The position numbers and the translations under genes are program-made. The notes under the pieces were generated by a model that saw only the letters and a program-made list of their open reading frames with translations, was not told the DNA's origin and did no database searches. From Pseudovirgaria hyperparasitica (taxonomy: Eukaryota), in NCBI GenBank assembly GCA_010093815.1, contig ML996569.1: a stretch of DNA of 64,000 bases; one strand, written 5' to 3'. Of this stretch, positions 1-12,297 are shown piece by piece. The first letter of the stretch is position 1. Each line of letters begins with the position of its first letter.

Positions 1-1765
1 CTGTCCGAGCATAAAATAGGCCAGTGGGATCATACTTCTGCTTTACTTGAAGCAACTGCCCATAGTTTTCGCCGTAGAAGACGCTCTGCCACTCTGGCTC
101 GAAAGGATCTCCCTCGTTGCCGTAAGCATACTTACTGTCAGGCATAAGAAGATCTATCTCAGGTATAATATCATTCGTCATCAGTGCGAGGTTTTGAGTA
201 TTAAGGACTCTGTTTGTTCGGTCGTGGAAGCTTTTCTTGCTGTTAGTAATTGCAACGATTTGTTGTTCATCTCGAGTCGACTTACGTTCCAACGACCAGA
301 CTCACGTACGATTCTCTCCACGCTTGATTCACGGCATTTGGTGATTTTGAGGGCTTTGATACGTTGAACGACACGCCTGAGAAGACTATCCCGTATCTCT
401 GAAGTGATTGCATAGTTTCCGCGATGCCGCTCGGATTATCCCTCAAGACCCTGCGAGGTATCAGTCGACTTCCAATGTCGAAAGATGAGGTCTCGGTGAG
501 TGGATTCATGGCCTCATACATGTCCAAGAATGTAGGGAATTCTCGAGACAGGTATGCTGAAAATGATGAGCATCTGCTATACAAGACCATGGCACAGGCC
601 ACTTACTATAGTTGATTCCAACACCACTCAAGTCTTGCAGAAGCGTACTATGCAAAGCATCCATCCCGGCTTTGCCCATCCCATGCCCAACTGCAGGGGA
701 AACGATAAAGGTCGAATTCGTGCTTAGCCAGTTGCACGAAATGCCAGCATCGAGAAGTGTCGGAAGGTGCTCAAGATAGATTTCCACCCCCTTGTAGAAT
801 GTTGCCTCATCGACGCCTACCATGCTCCAGGTCAGATTTGAGGCCGATGTTATGTCGTCCGGATGCACCTGGAGCGTCAATGACCAGACCGCGCCGTACG
901 ATGCAGCCCCTCCCCCTGACAGTGCCCAATAAAGATCTGCATTCTCTGCCGGCGAAGCAACGATGAAGTCACCAGATGCAGTGACAACCTCCCATTCCAG
1001 AGCCTGGTCGGCGCCTAGCCCAAATTTGGACGCAAGTAGTCCATGGCCGGTCCCTTGGACATAACCTCCAGCAAGACCAACGCTAGGACATGTCCCTCCG
1101 ACAGTCACTAGCCCTTCGTCGTGCGTAACACGAAACGCGTCCATGAGCTGGACACCTGCGCCGACTTTAAGTGCTTTCCCCGTGTAGTAATCAGACTCGT
1201 AGTCGAGAATCTCGGTATACTTGAGATGGTGCGTCCAGAGACCCAATGCACCGGCACCCGTCGACTTTCCAAGCCAATCATGACCCGTGTTTCGAATCAC
1301 AAGCCGGACATTATGTCTGTTTGCAAACCGAATTGCCGCTTTATAGTCGAACATTTCACGAGCATCAATCGCATACTGGATGTACGTTCCAAGGATACAT
1401 GACTGTTCTCGCGGCGTAAATGGATCGCAGCTTTGATTGGCAAAGGTCGGTGCCATGATCGACGAACTTGAGTTGATGTGCGTCTCTGGGAGTGTCCAGG
1501 CTTCCTGGATGGCCTGGCAGGCATCTTCATCGTAGGGACCAAACTCGCTGTCGTGGCAGGGGCTGGCCAGGGGTACTGTGGATATGAGACGACCGTTTAC
1601 TGTGGTGTTGAGTTCGTGCCATTTATCTGATGTTGGCCAGCACGCATCACCGGGGAAACATCGACAGGTGTTCGTGGGTGCACTGTATGTGCCAGGCACT
1701 GAAGATGCTAAGTAAATGAATAACACAAAGTGTAGAGCCTCGGATATGAGCCCTAGAAAGTACAT
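1..1765 (-). CDS. Secreted FAD-linked oxidoreductase, BBE/isoamyl alcohol oxidase-like (3' end outside window)
   Basis: Signal-peptide-like N-terminus, CRCFPGDACWP, RNTGHDWLGKS (FAD-binding His), GGTCPSVG, LYWALSGGG. Introns at about 557-606 and about 231-285 restore the frame through a BBE C-terminal segment (AYGNEGDPFEPEWQSVFYGENYGQLLQVKQKYDPTGLFY) that runs off the window. Confidence 0.92.
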
Positions 1766-2733
1766 TATTCTTGCTGGATATACGATAATATCGAGATCGA
1801 GGATCGCATTAAATGCACGGGATAGCCAGCATATTCGACAAGCATCCCATCTTGGTCATATTAACTTCAGTACTATTTCATCAGCATTCTGTTATTCTGT
1901 AAATATTGAAAAGTTACCGGACACGAGCATTCCGACTATCCTCTTGGCAAGGGACTTACATGGTAAGGGGCGCATGGGATTAGCCGTACCCTGCTGTGAC
2001 AAGGATGTCGTTCTTGGCGAACTCACATTCCTTCGATCTGCCTGAGACATGAATATTTCGCTAATAGCATTGTCCTACATTATCATCCTCTGCAAGGCTA
2101 TGAACGAAGATTCAGAGATGAATAAGCGAAGCTCGGAACAGAGATCTTTCGAACACTGCCTCCCCTGCAATCAGCAGGTTTGCCGGAGATAAATGTAACC
2201 CTTTCATGCAGTGCTGTGCCAAACGGTGGTGCTGCACCGAGTTTCCAAGGTCTTCATGCAATATGCTTGCCTGTCACTGACTTGAACGGTCGGAATAATG
2301 CAGGCTAGCATTACCCGTGAAAGGTGGGCCTGTCCGTAGTCATGGGCAGCCGTACGTGTCATGGGCATTGAGCCATAGCCAATCGCATAGATGCTATCCA
2401 AGCGGAGCACAAAAGAAAGCGCTTGAGGGAACGGGCTGTTCCGGTCAGCCACAGATTAACAGAGCCGTTTCTGGGGCGTAAGATGGCCAGATTGCGTCTA
2501 TGCATGTATGTCGAAGATCCATATCCCCCCTGAGACTCAATTCGCCATTTACAGATGCCAAGTGCTTAGACGGCTAGCAAGGTAAATCAGCCGGGCAATA
2601 ATTGGGGCAAAGTATACAGTACAGTAATTAACACAGGGCAGGCAGCCAATGGAAAGAAGTCAGAAATATCAGTAACACTGTCGGAGGATCAGGTATGACT
2701 CTAGGGTATTATAGCTATAGAATACGCTATCGT

Positions 2734-4680
2734 TCATATCCTTCTTTCGAATGTACAGAGGACCTGGCCCGGTTGGGCGGTAACTTGATCCTTCATATCA
2801 CGCCACATGGTTTCCTCGTCGTATCCTGGAGAGAAAGAGACGTTGAAATTGCGGAGTACATTAGCAGTAACGAGGCGAAGTTCAGCGTATGCCAGAACCT
2901 TACCGACACACTGACGGCTGCCTATATGAACATTAAGAAGACTGATCAGCAACGCAATTCGTAGAGCAAGAAACGAAGACCTACCAAAAGAAAACGGCCC
3001 AAACGCGCGTTTATCTTTCACCAAATCTGGGCGTGAATACCACCGCTCAGGGATAAACTCGTCTGGATGGACGAACGCATTTTCCACTAGATTTGCTGTG
3101 AGCAAAGTGCAATTAGCAATGTCAAGATAACTTACTTCTCTTGATGACATATTTTGGCGCTGTGACTTTGGTTCCCGCAGGTATGAAGACATTATCTACT
3201 GTAAGCCCCTGCGGGCCTGTGATGCGCCCTCCGCCAGTCATCGCAGGAGGTACGAGACGTAAGATCTCCTGAATAACCCCGTTCAGATGTGGAAGTCCAG
3301 CTAGCACATTAGCATCTCCTATATCTACTGTTTCGATTTCCTGACGGATCTTTTCGGCATGCTCAGGATATTTCGCCAGATACCACCAAGTTGCAATCAG
3401 CGAGGCACGTGTTGTGTCACTATACCCATTGCAGTCAGCCCTGGACTAGGTCTTTAGACAGGATATCGAATGATCATACCTTCCAGCTACGATGGCCGAT
3501 ACTGCTGTGCCTCCCAAGAGTCTTTGCCGGCTTTGAAGGTCTCGCACCTCGCTCAAGTTGTGGTATTCATCGATGAACCAGGATGCCATGTCAGCTTTCT
3601 CGTCCGTTTGTAGCTGTTTCTCAATTATTACCATTCTCGGAGAATACGCAGCAACACTTGAACTCACTTCCATGCGTCTCGCCATGCGCTCCTCACAGTA
3701 TGAAACCATACGCATCCACGACTTGACTTTACCCAGAAAGGGTACAAATGAGAATGCCAATTGAGCGATCCAGACGGCGTCACTGATAGGACCAAGCAGT
3801 GCCAGGGCTCTCTTTTGGTGAATGATTGCGTCATGCGTAACCTTTTCCTGCATCATTCCAAAGCTTTTGCCAAAGACGACGTCGCCCATTGCATCAAAGG
3901 AGAACCAAGACATGACATCATTAATGTTTACTGGTGCACTGCTCAACTCCTGAATGCATTGGACCAAGTTGAGAGCCTGTTGGTAGATGCGAGGACGGAA
4001 CTCATCCATCGCTATTGGACGGTCAGCCAATGTTGCCTGCAAAACGAGATCATGACGAACCTTTCGTGGAGAGAGACTGCGTCCAGACCCGACGTCTGTC
4101 CCGATGATCTTGGGCATTTCTGGTAAATATCGCTGACGTTCTTGGCTGGAGAACATCATACCAAACATCTTTCGAATTGGTATTATGAGCTCCATCCAGA
4201 AGCTCTATCGCCGACGGGTGGAAAATGGTGATTTCGTTAGGGCCTGAACGTGTCAGCAGCGCCCTATGTGCCGAGATATGTAAGCTTACCCGTTCTGACA
4301 ACAGTTCCATACTTCTCGTACAGTCTCTGCATTACCAGATAATTTGTTGAATTCCTGGCGTGGTATATATGCCAAAATTTGGAAACAGCGGCAAGTCTAG
4401 GTCCTGGGAAATTGACAAGTTTGTGGAACATTGTGCGATAGACAGCAATGCTAGCAAACAGCGATATCAGATACCAGGCTGATAAAGTGATTGTGTAAGT
4501 ACATGCCGCCAGGATATCGTCGAGATATCGCTGTAATGTACCAAGGACAAGCGCAGCGATCGTAGCATGAGCGCCGATGATAGATCGAGAATGTAAGTGC
4601 CATTCTCCATGTATGAAGAAACCCAAGTGTGAGGTGACGCCAGCAACAATGCCACAAAGGGGGATAGCAAAGTTCATCAT
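2734..4680 (-). CDS. Cytochrome P450 monooxygenase (multi-exon)
   Basis: N-terminal TM segments and FPGPRLAAVSKFW. Splicing gives I-helix AGSDTT, ExxR (EILR), PERW and the heme motif FSFGSRQCVG across an intron. Canonical GT/AG introns join ORFs 4264-4770, 4050-4310, 3446-4195, 3122-3307 and 2734-3192. Confidence 0.95.
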
Positions 4681-5000
4681 GCTCAAGTAGACACTTGGCT
4701 CGATAGTGGCAAGCGGACCAGTTTGAATCAGGAGTCGAAGGTAAGCTGTGATCGTTGTTTGGAGATACACGACAAGAGAATCAATATGGAATGCTTGTGA
4801 AGGTGTACAAATGGTTGAGTGTATTGAAATACATGTAATAGAAGCTGTTTATTACAAATAATACCCATATAGACCATCATGGCCTGCCAGTCGAATCGCT
4901 TTTACTTAGCATATGCAAGTGACTTAGCCCCAGTGTCTTTCGAGCAGAACAAGCCAGATCCTGGTCGCCGGCGATGATCGTCTCCTTTAGTTTTGACGCC

Positions 5001-6701
5001 CTAGACCCTGCAAAGCCGACCGTCTGACTGCTCTGACCATCGCTCACTGCCGACCGCCGTTCTAGCCCAAAACAGGTCATCTTGGTCATAGCGCCTCTTG
5101 ATAGCCAAGAGTCGCTTGTAGTTCTCGCCGAAGAAAAGCGTCTGGAAATCTGGCTGCTGAAAGTCTGCTTCGTTTAGATATGCACCTCCATTCGGGGTGA
5201 TCTCAGCTATTCGCGGGAGCAAATCGTTAGTAATCAGATCCTGGCCAGCTATTGTCTTGGAATAGTCTGTGTAATTGATAGGTGTGCCGACCACCATTCC
5301 AAACAAAGACTTGCGCCAGTAAGGATTTGCAGAAACATTATAAGGGCCGCTTTGATTCACATTGAACGTAACGCCTGTACTGATTGTCTGTTCGCTGATG
5401 TAACGAATGACTTCAACAAGGGCTGGCGTGTCTTCTTCAACAAGAGAGCGTGGTATCAAGCGACCTGCAACGTTATAGTCCGACACATTCCAAGTTGACG
5501 TGAGAGAGTCATATCCAGGGAGGAACGAAGAGTATTCTGTGGAAGAATACGAGAACTCCTGCTTGAGGTCGCTCATCTTGTCAAGTGTTGGTTTAATCAA
5601 GAGATCGAGTTCTTCTTTATGGATTCCAGGGCCCATTGCCGGCGACATGAGCAGACCGAAAGGTGCTGCGACCCACGCAACAAAAGCTCCGGCATCTGCA
5701 AGTGCGGGCAGGTTCTGTAAGAAAGTCCCAAGAACTTCGTATATTGCATCTGCATTCGTGCCATTGTTCATGAGAGAAAATGTGGCCATAGTGATATGAG
5801 TATTCGTAAATGCCTTAACAGTCATAGACACGACTACTGCGTAAGTGCCTCCTCCGCCTCCACTCAGTGCCCAAAGCAGGTCGGCATTAGAAGTTGGTGT
5901 GGCCTTGACTAGGCGGCCATTAGCAGTGACCGCTTCAATTTCAAGAATCTGATCCGCTGCAAGACCGTGTCTGGAAGACAGAGGCCCATGACCTCCACCC
6001 TGGGAGTACCCCCCCGCGAGTGCAACTGTGGGACAGTTACCACCGACGACCATGAGGCCATTCTGCTCAGCGAATGCATACGCTTCTTGTGACTCAATAC
6101 CAGCACCGACGCGGATTGCAGGACCATCATAGCTAGTTCCATGATATTCAGATATCAATTCAAGAGACTTCAAGTGGCGTGTCCATATCGCGATCGCGTA
6201 CGCTCCAGTGGATCTCCCGAGGTAGTCGTGCCCGGTATTCCGGACTACTAAACGAATGTTGTTCTTTCGGGCAAACTTGATGGTCGCCTGAACATGTTCC
6301 ACTGAGGTCGCATTCACAGAGTATACGACATGACCACCAAGCGTACAAGCAGTATCCGAGCCTACAAAAGGATTGCAGCTGTTGTTACTGAAGGGATAAG
6401 CCATCGGCGATGAGGAAGATTCGAGATGGGTCTCTGGAAAGAACCATACGTTACGCAAGGCATCACACTGAGCTTGATCGAAGTCAGGCTGGTGACAAAC
6501 GGAGGCAATCGGAACCGTGGATATCAGGCGGCCGTTTACGGTCTTGTTGAAGTCGTCGAACGCTTTCGAGTCCGGCCATGAGGTATCTCCAGGGATCGTG
6601 CGGCATTGTGATGTACGGCTGGGCCAATTACCATGTTTCCTTGCGATGGCAGCAACAAGGACAATGAACGATAGAAAGAACAAGGTGCGTCGGCGAACCA
6701 T
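5001..6701 (-). CDS. FAD-linked oxidoreductase, BBE/isoamyl alcohol oxidase-like (intronless)
   Basis: 566-aa ORF with a hydrophobic N-terminus, RNTGHDYLGRS, GGNCPTV, LLWALSGGGGG and a BBE domain (AYLNEADF...YKRLLAIKRRYD...AVGSERW). Confidence 0.95.
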   Translation of the reverse strand: MVRRRTLFFLSFIVLVAAIARKHGNWPSRTSQCRTIPGDTSWPDSKAFDDFNKTVNGRLISTVPIASVCHQPDFDQAQCDALRNVWFFPETHLESSSSPMAYPFSNNSCNPFVGSDTACTLGGHVVYSVNATSVEHVQATIKFARKNNIRLVVRNTGHDYLGRSTGAYAIAIWTRHLKSLELISEYHGTSYDGPAIRVGAGIESQEAYAFAEQNGLMVVGGNCPTVALAGGYSQGGGHGPLSSRHGLAADQILEIEAVTANGRLVKATPTSNADLLWALSGGGGGTYAVVVSMTVKAFTNTHITMATFSLMNNGTNADAIYEVLGTFLQNLPALADAGAFVAWVAAPFGLLMSPAMGPGIHKEELDLLIKPTLDKMSDLKQEFSYSSTEYSSFLPGYDSLTSTWNVSDYNVAGRLIPRSLVEEDTPALVEVIRYISEQTISTGVTFNVNQSGPYNVSANPYWRKSLFGMVVGTPINYTDYSKTIAGQDLITNDLLPRIAEITPNGGAYLNEADFQQPDFQTLFFGENYKRLLAIKRRYDQDDLFWARTAVGSERWSEQSDGRLCRV

Positions 6702-7734
6702 CTCTACCCAGGTCTATGGCCGCGAAAGGCTAGCGGCGTAGGGTAGTATGTGCAAGATGCTGGGAATGCTCAGGTCTTGTGTTGATGATGCCAGAACAAT
6801 ATGAGAGACAAGACTTGACTGGACAGAGATCGGGTCGGCAAGGTTTCCAAGGGAAAGAAGGCATATATGCACTTGATTGGCGTGGCGAAGGCGTTCGGGA
6901 TTGGAGACGTTCCAGTCTCGATCAATGACACGTCCACACCATGATTAGGTTGCAATCTCACATCAGCTGGTAGGCATGACACGACCCTGGACATAGGTTT
7001 CACTCTACATGACAGGAGGTCGAACACGGGGAAGCTGAGATGAAGTCTTTGATGAGCGCTGTCAACAGTGAGTGTCAGTGTCGCACAGCATGCGCCTCCT
7101 GTGCCGCTTAGAGCGATTAACACGGATACCCGTTTCCGTAGACGCGGTAAATCTACAAAAGAGGTTAGCTGCTTACCAAGACCCCTGTCTGGTAGACTGC
7201 CAAGATAGGTAGTTAGCCCCGGATCGCGTAACCCAAGTATCACCCCACCCTCGCGTGGACGAGCCCCACAGGCCGGTCCCCGTGTTTAGCGTCCTGTCGC
7301 TTCGCTTCGGCCCTTCCCATTCAACCGCAAAGGCATTGCTCGCCTCCATTCCTTCGCATGTACACATCATCAATCAGCGCTCCTTTGATCGAGTTTCTTC
7401 CCATGTGGCCCCTTAGGATCGTGAGACTCTTCATCCCTGAACCTAGAAAATGCAAGTCCGTGCATAATCGGGTCGATCGCTCAGCTCGTTCATCTTCCAG
7501 ACCCCTTTTGTGTTGGTTGCGCACCACTGGCAAGCTAAAAAAAAAGTAAAGGATGGAATGACATGACATCGATGTACATATATCAGAGGAATCAAAAAGC
7601 GGATGCTATTGAATTACAGTTCACCAATCATTCTTCGGCCTGCCAAGTAGGACTTCACCTTTGTGCGGATCCTTCCACCTCCATAATCTGGTAGGATTCT
7701 GAAGACAAGATTAGATACGAACATTCTATACGCC

Positions 7735-8944
7735 ATGGTCAGCCCCCGTGGAGAGGCTTTGGCTGCTTGGTTGTCTGTTTTCACTGTACTCACCGTAGGT
7801 GTCCTGATCCTGCGCTTTTACGCAGTCAGGATACAACAACGAGCTCTTCGTTCCGATGACTATCTCGTCGCTGGCGCTACCATCGCAATGCTTGTTCTTG
7901 AAGGATGTACCTTTTGGGGTAAGCAGGCGCTTTTGGTACTCCGCTGAGTTGAGATTGACTGTTCTATGTTAGCGATTCACAATGGGCTCGGGGCTCGAGC
8001 AGCCACGCTGGATTGGCCACAGCAAGCTGTACAGATCAAAGTAGGTCAATAGCACAGTCACCCAGTGGACTCATACTAACTGTTGATGACAGTTGATGGT
8101 TTCCGCATTCTGGACATGGACAATTGCCACGACAGGATGCAAACTCGCTGTGCTTCGTCTTTACTTGGCCATATTCCACACCAAGACTTTCAGATACATT
8201 AACTTTGTGCTCATGGGACTGGTTGCATGCTACCCGTTTGTATTCATTCCCGTATTCATGACACAATGTACTCCTGTATCTGCCGCTTGGGACCCCGTAT
8301 TGTCCCTCACGCACTGCCGACCGAGGGAGCAGCACGAACTGGCGTCAGTCGCTGTCAACGTCGCATTCGACCTCTTGATTGTTCTTCTCCCTCTTCCCTG
8401 GATTTGGAGTTTGCAGATGGCGACAAGGAGGAAGGTTACCGTCACAGCTATGTTCAGTCTCGGGTTGTCGTAAGTCTCAGTGACTGAAGCAATATACCTT
8501 GCACTATTATCTGTAGCTAACATCTGTCATAGCATTGTTGGAGTAATGATCTGGCGACTTGTTACCACCGCGCTTCCAAACCCGAACCCGGATTTCACAT
8601 ATGACGTATACATTCTTGCTCTGCAGAGCCATTTGGAACTGTGGCTAGGTCTTCTTGCTGCTTCTCTACCTACTCTAGCCCCATTGCTATCTCGAATGGT
8701 CCCTGAGAACGTCAAAAGTTATTTCAAAGGATCCTCAGTACGGAGTCCGAAGCGCAACAATATGATCAGGTCGTTTGGCCAAGGTAGATTCCCGCGGACA
8801 AAGGCTAAGAGCGACCTTGACTCCATCGACGGACTCGATATCCCTCTACATAGCATAGAGCGAAGACAGTATATACAGGTTTCGTATGGTAAGAACGACT
8901 CCAAAGCGTCCGAACAGGGTAAGCCTGTCGGTGTCGAGCTTTGA
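7735..8944 (+). CDS. PTH11/SAT4-like (fungal rhodopsin-domain) multi-pass membrane protein, no CFEM domain
   Basis: LRFYAVR..DDYL, HNGLG, CKLAVLRLY, QCTPVSAAWD, DLLIVLLPLPWIWSLQMATRRKV, ELWLGLLAASLPTLAPL. Three short introns join ORFs 7735, 8093 and 8480. Confidence 0.9.
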
Positions 8945-9160
8945 GCTTCGCCATACTTGACACTAATTGTTTTTCTTGAGAGAAAATATGGTATCGAATC
9001 ATGATCTGGATTATGGATCCGTGTAAGTATGTATGTAAGAGACAACAAAATTCAAGTGATTGTAAGAGCTACTATCTGAACGACCCTGATGTGATGATGT
9101 CGATTGAAACTAACATATGATTTTCTGGGAACATCGCTCTCTAGTATATCTGAACTTGTC

Positions 9161-9574
9161 TCATCCGCGAACTGTCTTTTCATTCTCCACTCCAAACACT
9201 CTTAGCTCACTCCCTATCAAGAATTTTTCCTGCTCTGGTGCAAGCTTGTCCACATTGTCGCCCAGGCGGTTTCGAAAGAGAGTGAAATGTTCCTCATCAC
9301 GGAACACGAGCACTACGACACAGTCAAAGTCACACTCGGAAGGAGCGCCCATGAATGTCATTGGATTCCGGACGCTTGAAGTTTGATTGTCTTGTTGCTG
9401 ATTCTGGCCAGTTGGGACGTCTTGCTTCACATAGTAGCGTGTATGTGAGACTGGAAAAGTGTCGCCGACGATGCTTTTGAAGAAGGGCAGAAATTTCTCA
9501 TCCCAATGGGTTTGAAATTCTTCGAACGATATTGAGGGGTTTCGATTCTCAAGTGCGAGTACAGTGAATGTCAT
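9161..9574 (-). CDS. EthD-like dimeric alpha/beta barrel protein
   Basis: 137 aa with RNPSISFEEFQTHW, FPVSHTRYYV, DFDCVVVLVFRDEEHF and EQEKFL, the typical fungal EthD pattern. Confidence 0.82.
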   Translation of the reverse strand: MTFTVLALENRNPSISFEEFQTHWDEKFLPFFKSIVGDTFPVSHTRYYVKQDVPTGQNQQQDNQTSSVRNPMTFMGAPSECDFDCVVVLVFRDEEHFTLFRNRLGDNVDKLAPEQEKFLIGSELRVFGVENEKTVRG

Positions 9575-9749
9575 GATTGTCTCTTTAACCGCGTTGAACA
9601 GATTGTCGTGATTTGGGCAGGTATGATTCCCTGATAGTAGTAATTTTGATGAGCTCTATGAGAGTTCGAACGAAAGATCAACAGAGAATAGCAGAGACAG
9701 AGCGAAGTGAACAGTCTAGGGTTACACAGGACTTTCACCAGAGTTTACT

Positions 9750-10150
9750 GACACTGCTTGAAGAATAAATACACCTGGGAGAAGTCCGAAAATTGAGCGA
9801 GCCGCAACAGTGGTATGCCGATTTTAGTCCGTCGCATGTTAACCCTACAGAAATCGACACTCCTCAAAGAACAAATACACTTAGCGAAGTCCGAAAAATG
9901 AGCGAGGCGCAACAGTGGTATACCGATTTTAGTCCATTGCATGTTGACCCTACAGATATTGACATTCCTCAAAGAATAAATACACATTAGCGAAGTCCGA
10001 AAAATGAGCGAGGTGCAACAGTGGTATGCCGATTTTAGTCCGTTGCATATTAACCCTACAGAACTATCCACTAGATCAATCCGGATGCCGATTCTAGTCC
10101 GCTGCATGTTAACCCTGCAGAACTATCCCAGGTATAACACCTTGCTTGAA
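9750..10150. repeat. Imperfect ~105-bp tandem repeat (about 3 copies plus a partial copy)
   Basis: GAAGTCCGAAAA at 9781, 9886 and 9992 (periods 105 and 106). Each unit contains CAACAGTGGTATrCCGATTTTAGTCC..GCATrTTrACCCTACAGA. A further partial copy lies at about 10086-10130. Confidence 0.95.
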
Positions 10151-10532
10151 AAACTAGTGGTGAAGCAATTTTTGCGTCGTCTACTAGGGTACTGCGCTGA
10201 TTGTTACCAAACTGGCTTGGGACGTAACCCTTGCTTCTTGGCTCTGGGCAGGGTCAGGGGTATCACCTCCAGACAAAGACGGCACAGCCTCGTACGCTCC
10301 CCTACTTCATCTGTATGCAGGTAGGTAGCATATGGCCTTGATTCAAGCACCAAGGGGGTGTGAGAAGGTAACAGGTAACACAAGTATCATGCTGGCCTTG
10401 TGTGCTGCTATGGCATGTTAGTAGTAATCATAGCTACCCCAGCATAGATAAATCATGCCATATTCGTTGTGACTGACAGCCACTTCATCAAAGACACACA
10501 AAGTTCGAGCAGCAACATTTAAACATCTCACT

Positions 10533-11559
10533 ATGGATCCGCCATTTCCAAGCCCTGTAAAACAATGGCACAATGACATATATCCTGCAATCGAGCCTTC
10601 TAACCCCAAACTGAGCCACAAAGGCCACACAGTCGTAATCACAGGCGCCGTAAGTTATATTTACTCTCCGTTAACAGGATCATTCACTGATACAGATGAC
10701 AGGGTAGTGGTATCGGCCGAGCTAATGCCCTCGCTTTTGCTATTGCAGGTGCAGCCCGACTGGTACTCATTGGCCGAACTGAGGCCAAAATCAAGGAGAC
10801 TGAGGCTGCTATCGCATCAGAGGCAGGAAACTGCGATGTTATCACGTTTATTACTGATGCGAGCAATCTTGATGGAATGCAAGAAGTTGCCAGAGCTGTT
10901 GGTACTTGGCACGTTCTTCTTCTGAATGCAGGGTATATGAACAGTCCAGCTCCCGTCGCGACGGCCGACCTTGGAGACTACTGGAAAGCTTTCGAGGTAT
11001 GAATGTCCAGTAGCCTGACGATTACAGTTTGCCTCATCCACAGTTACTACCAGGTTAATGTCAAATCTACTATCGTTGGTGTGCAGTCATTTGCACCGAC
11101 TGCCGCCAAGGACCATGCTGCCATCGTAGCCCCAGTCGGAGGGTCTATGCAACTACCGACGAAGTTATTAGCAGGGCTATCGGGCTATCTTACTGCGAAG
11201 CTTGCAGTGGTGAGGATCATGGAGTTCCTCTCTGTAGAGAATCCATCTATCTTCTTTGCTACGTACCATCCAGGAATGGTGGATACCGAAGTCTTTCGGC
11301 GTTCCGGGGCAACACCTGATATGCTTCCAATGGACTCTCGTAAGAATGTTCCTGCTCTCCCATATACAGACTAACAGCTTTAGCTCAATTATCGGCCGGC
11401 TTTGTGCTGTGGTTGACACTCCCAGCAGCGCTTTTCTTGAATGGAAGATTTGTCTGGGCCAACTGGGACGTCGAAGAATTGATGGCAAGCTCGGACAAGA
11501 TAACTTCACAGGATTTGTTCAAGACGTCATTCACAGGATGGCCCTACGCCAGCACATAG
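10533..11559 (+). CDS. Short-chain dehydrogenase/reductase (3 introns)
   Basis: Spliced TGAGSGIG Rossmann motif, LNAG, YLTAK (YxxxK), HPGMVDT and FLNGRFVWANWDVEEL. Stop TAG at 11557-11559. Confidence 0.92.
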
Positions 11560-12297
11560 TGCCTATCATACCAGGACAGTCATATTCTTAGGGTCGGAGC
11601 AATCTTTCACTTTCAAAATGTATGGCGGGCTAAAAGTACAGCAAAAGGGGGCAAAAACAAGGCCAGGGCCGTTTACATTCTTTATTCAGCCATTAACTGA
11701 GTAATGCGCTCCTATGAAACTGAGTGGCTTTTTACGAGCCGTTTTAGCCTTTACGAGATCACTTCTCTAAACTCCACGCACTCCTCAGAGACACTCCAAC
11801 AGAGACACTCCTCATTTGGGGTATGCCATTGGTCATATCATCGCATTGAGACATTGGACCTGGTCATATAGGTCATAACCTAGTCAGCAAATCAATTAAT
11901 CCTTACCGCGACATACATAGCGACATACCAAGGATGAAGCCCGGCCAACCTGCAGATTGTGATAGTACTAGAGACTTCTAGACTCTACTCCAGTAGTTCA
12001 TGCAGACCGAGTGAGACTACTATATCAATCTCGGAGCAATGTCCATTCTAGTCTATTCGCACTAATGCTGACCTTAGGGGTGATGTCCGAAAGCGATGCG
12101 TAAACTTCGTTGAAACAAAACCAGATTGATTACTGGGTCGTATTAAAATACAACGTTAGATATGCCAGTTATGCATTCACTCATATATCAGACGCCGTCG
12201 ATTGTAACGGTACATATCTCGGCATTCATCTGCACGCTAAATGCGACGTTGTCTTATCAGTGACTATTGAGTCTTCCACAAGTACCTCCTATATTCT

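Noticed and set aside
2734..4770. P450 appearing fragmented, as if a pseudogene
   Set aside because: The breaks I checked are explained by canonical introns that restore all conserved motifs.
7415..7465. Loose TPP-riboswitch-like words (TGAGA...CCCTGAACCT...AATGC)
   Set aside because: The core pairing and CUGAGA/GAUAA elements are missing and the neighbours are not thiamine genes.
9750..10150. CRISPR-like array
   Set aside because: The whole 105-bp unit repeats with no unique spacers, no cas genes are present, and the context is eukaryotic.
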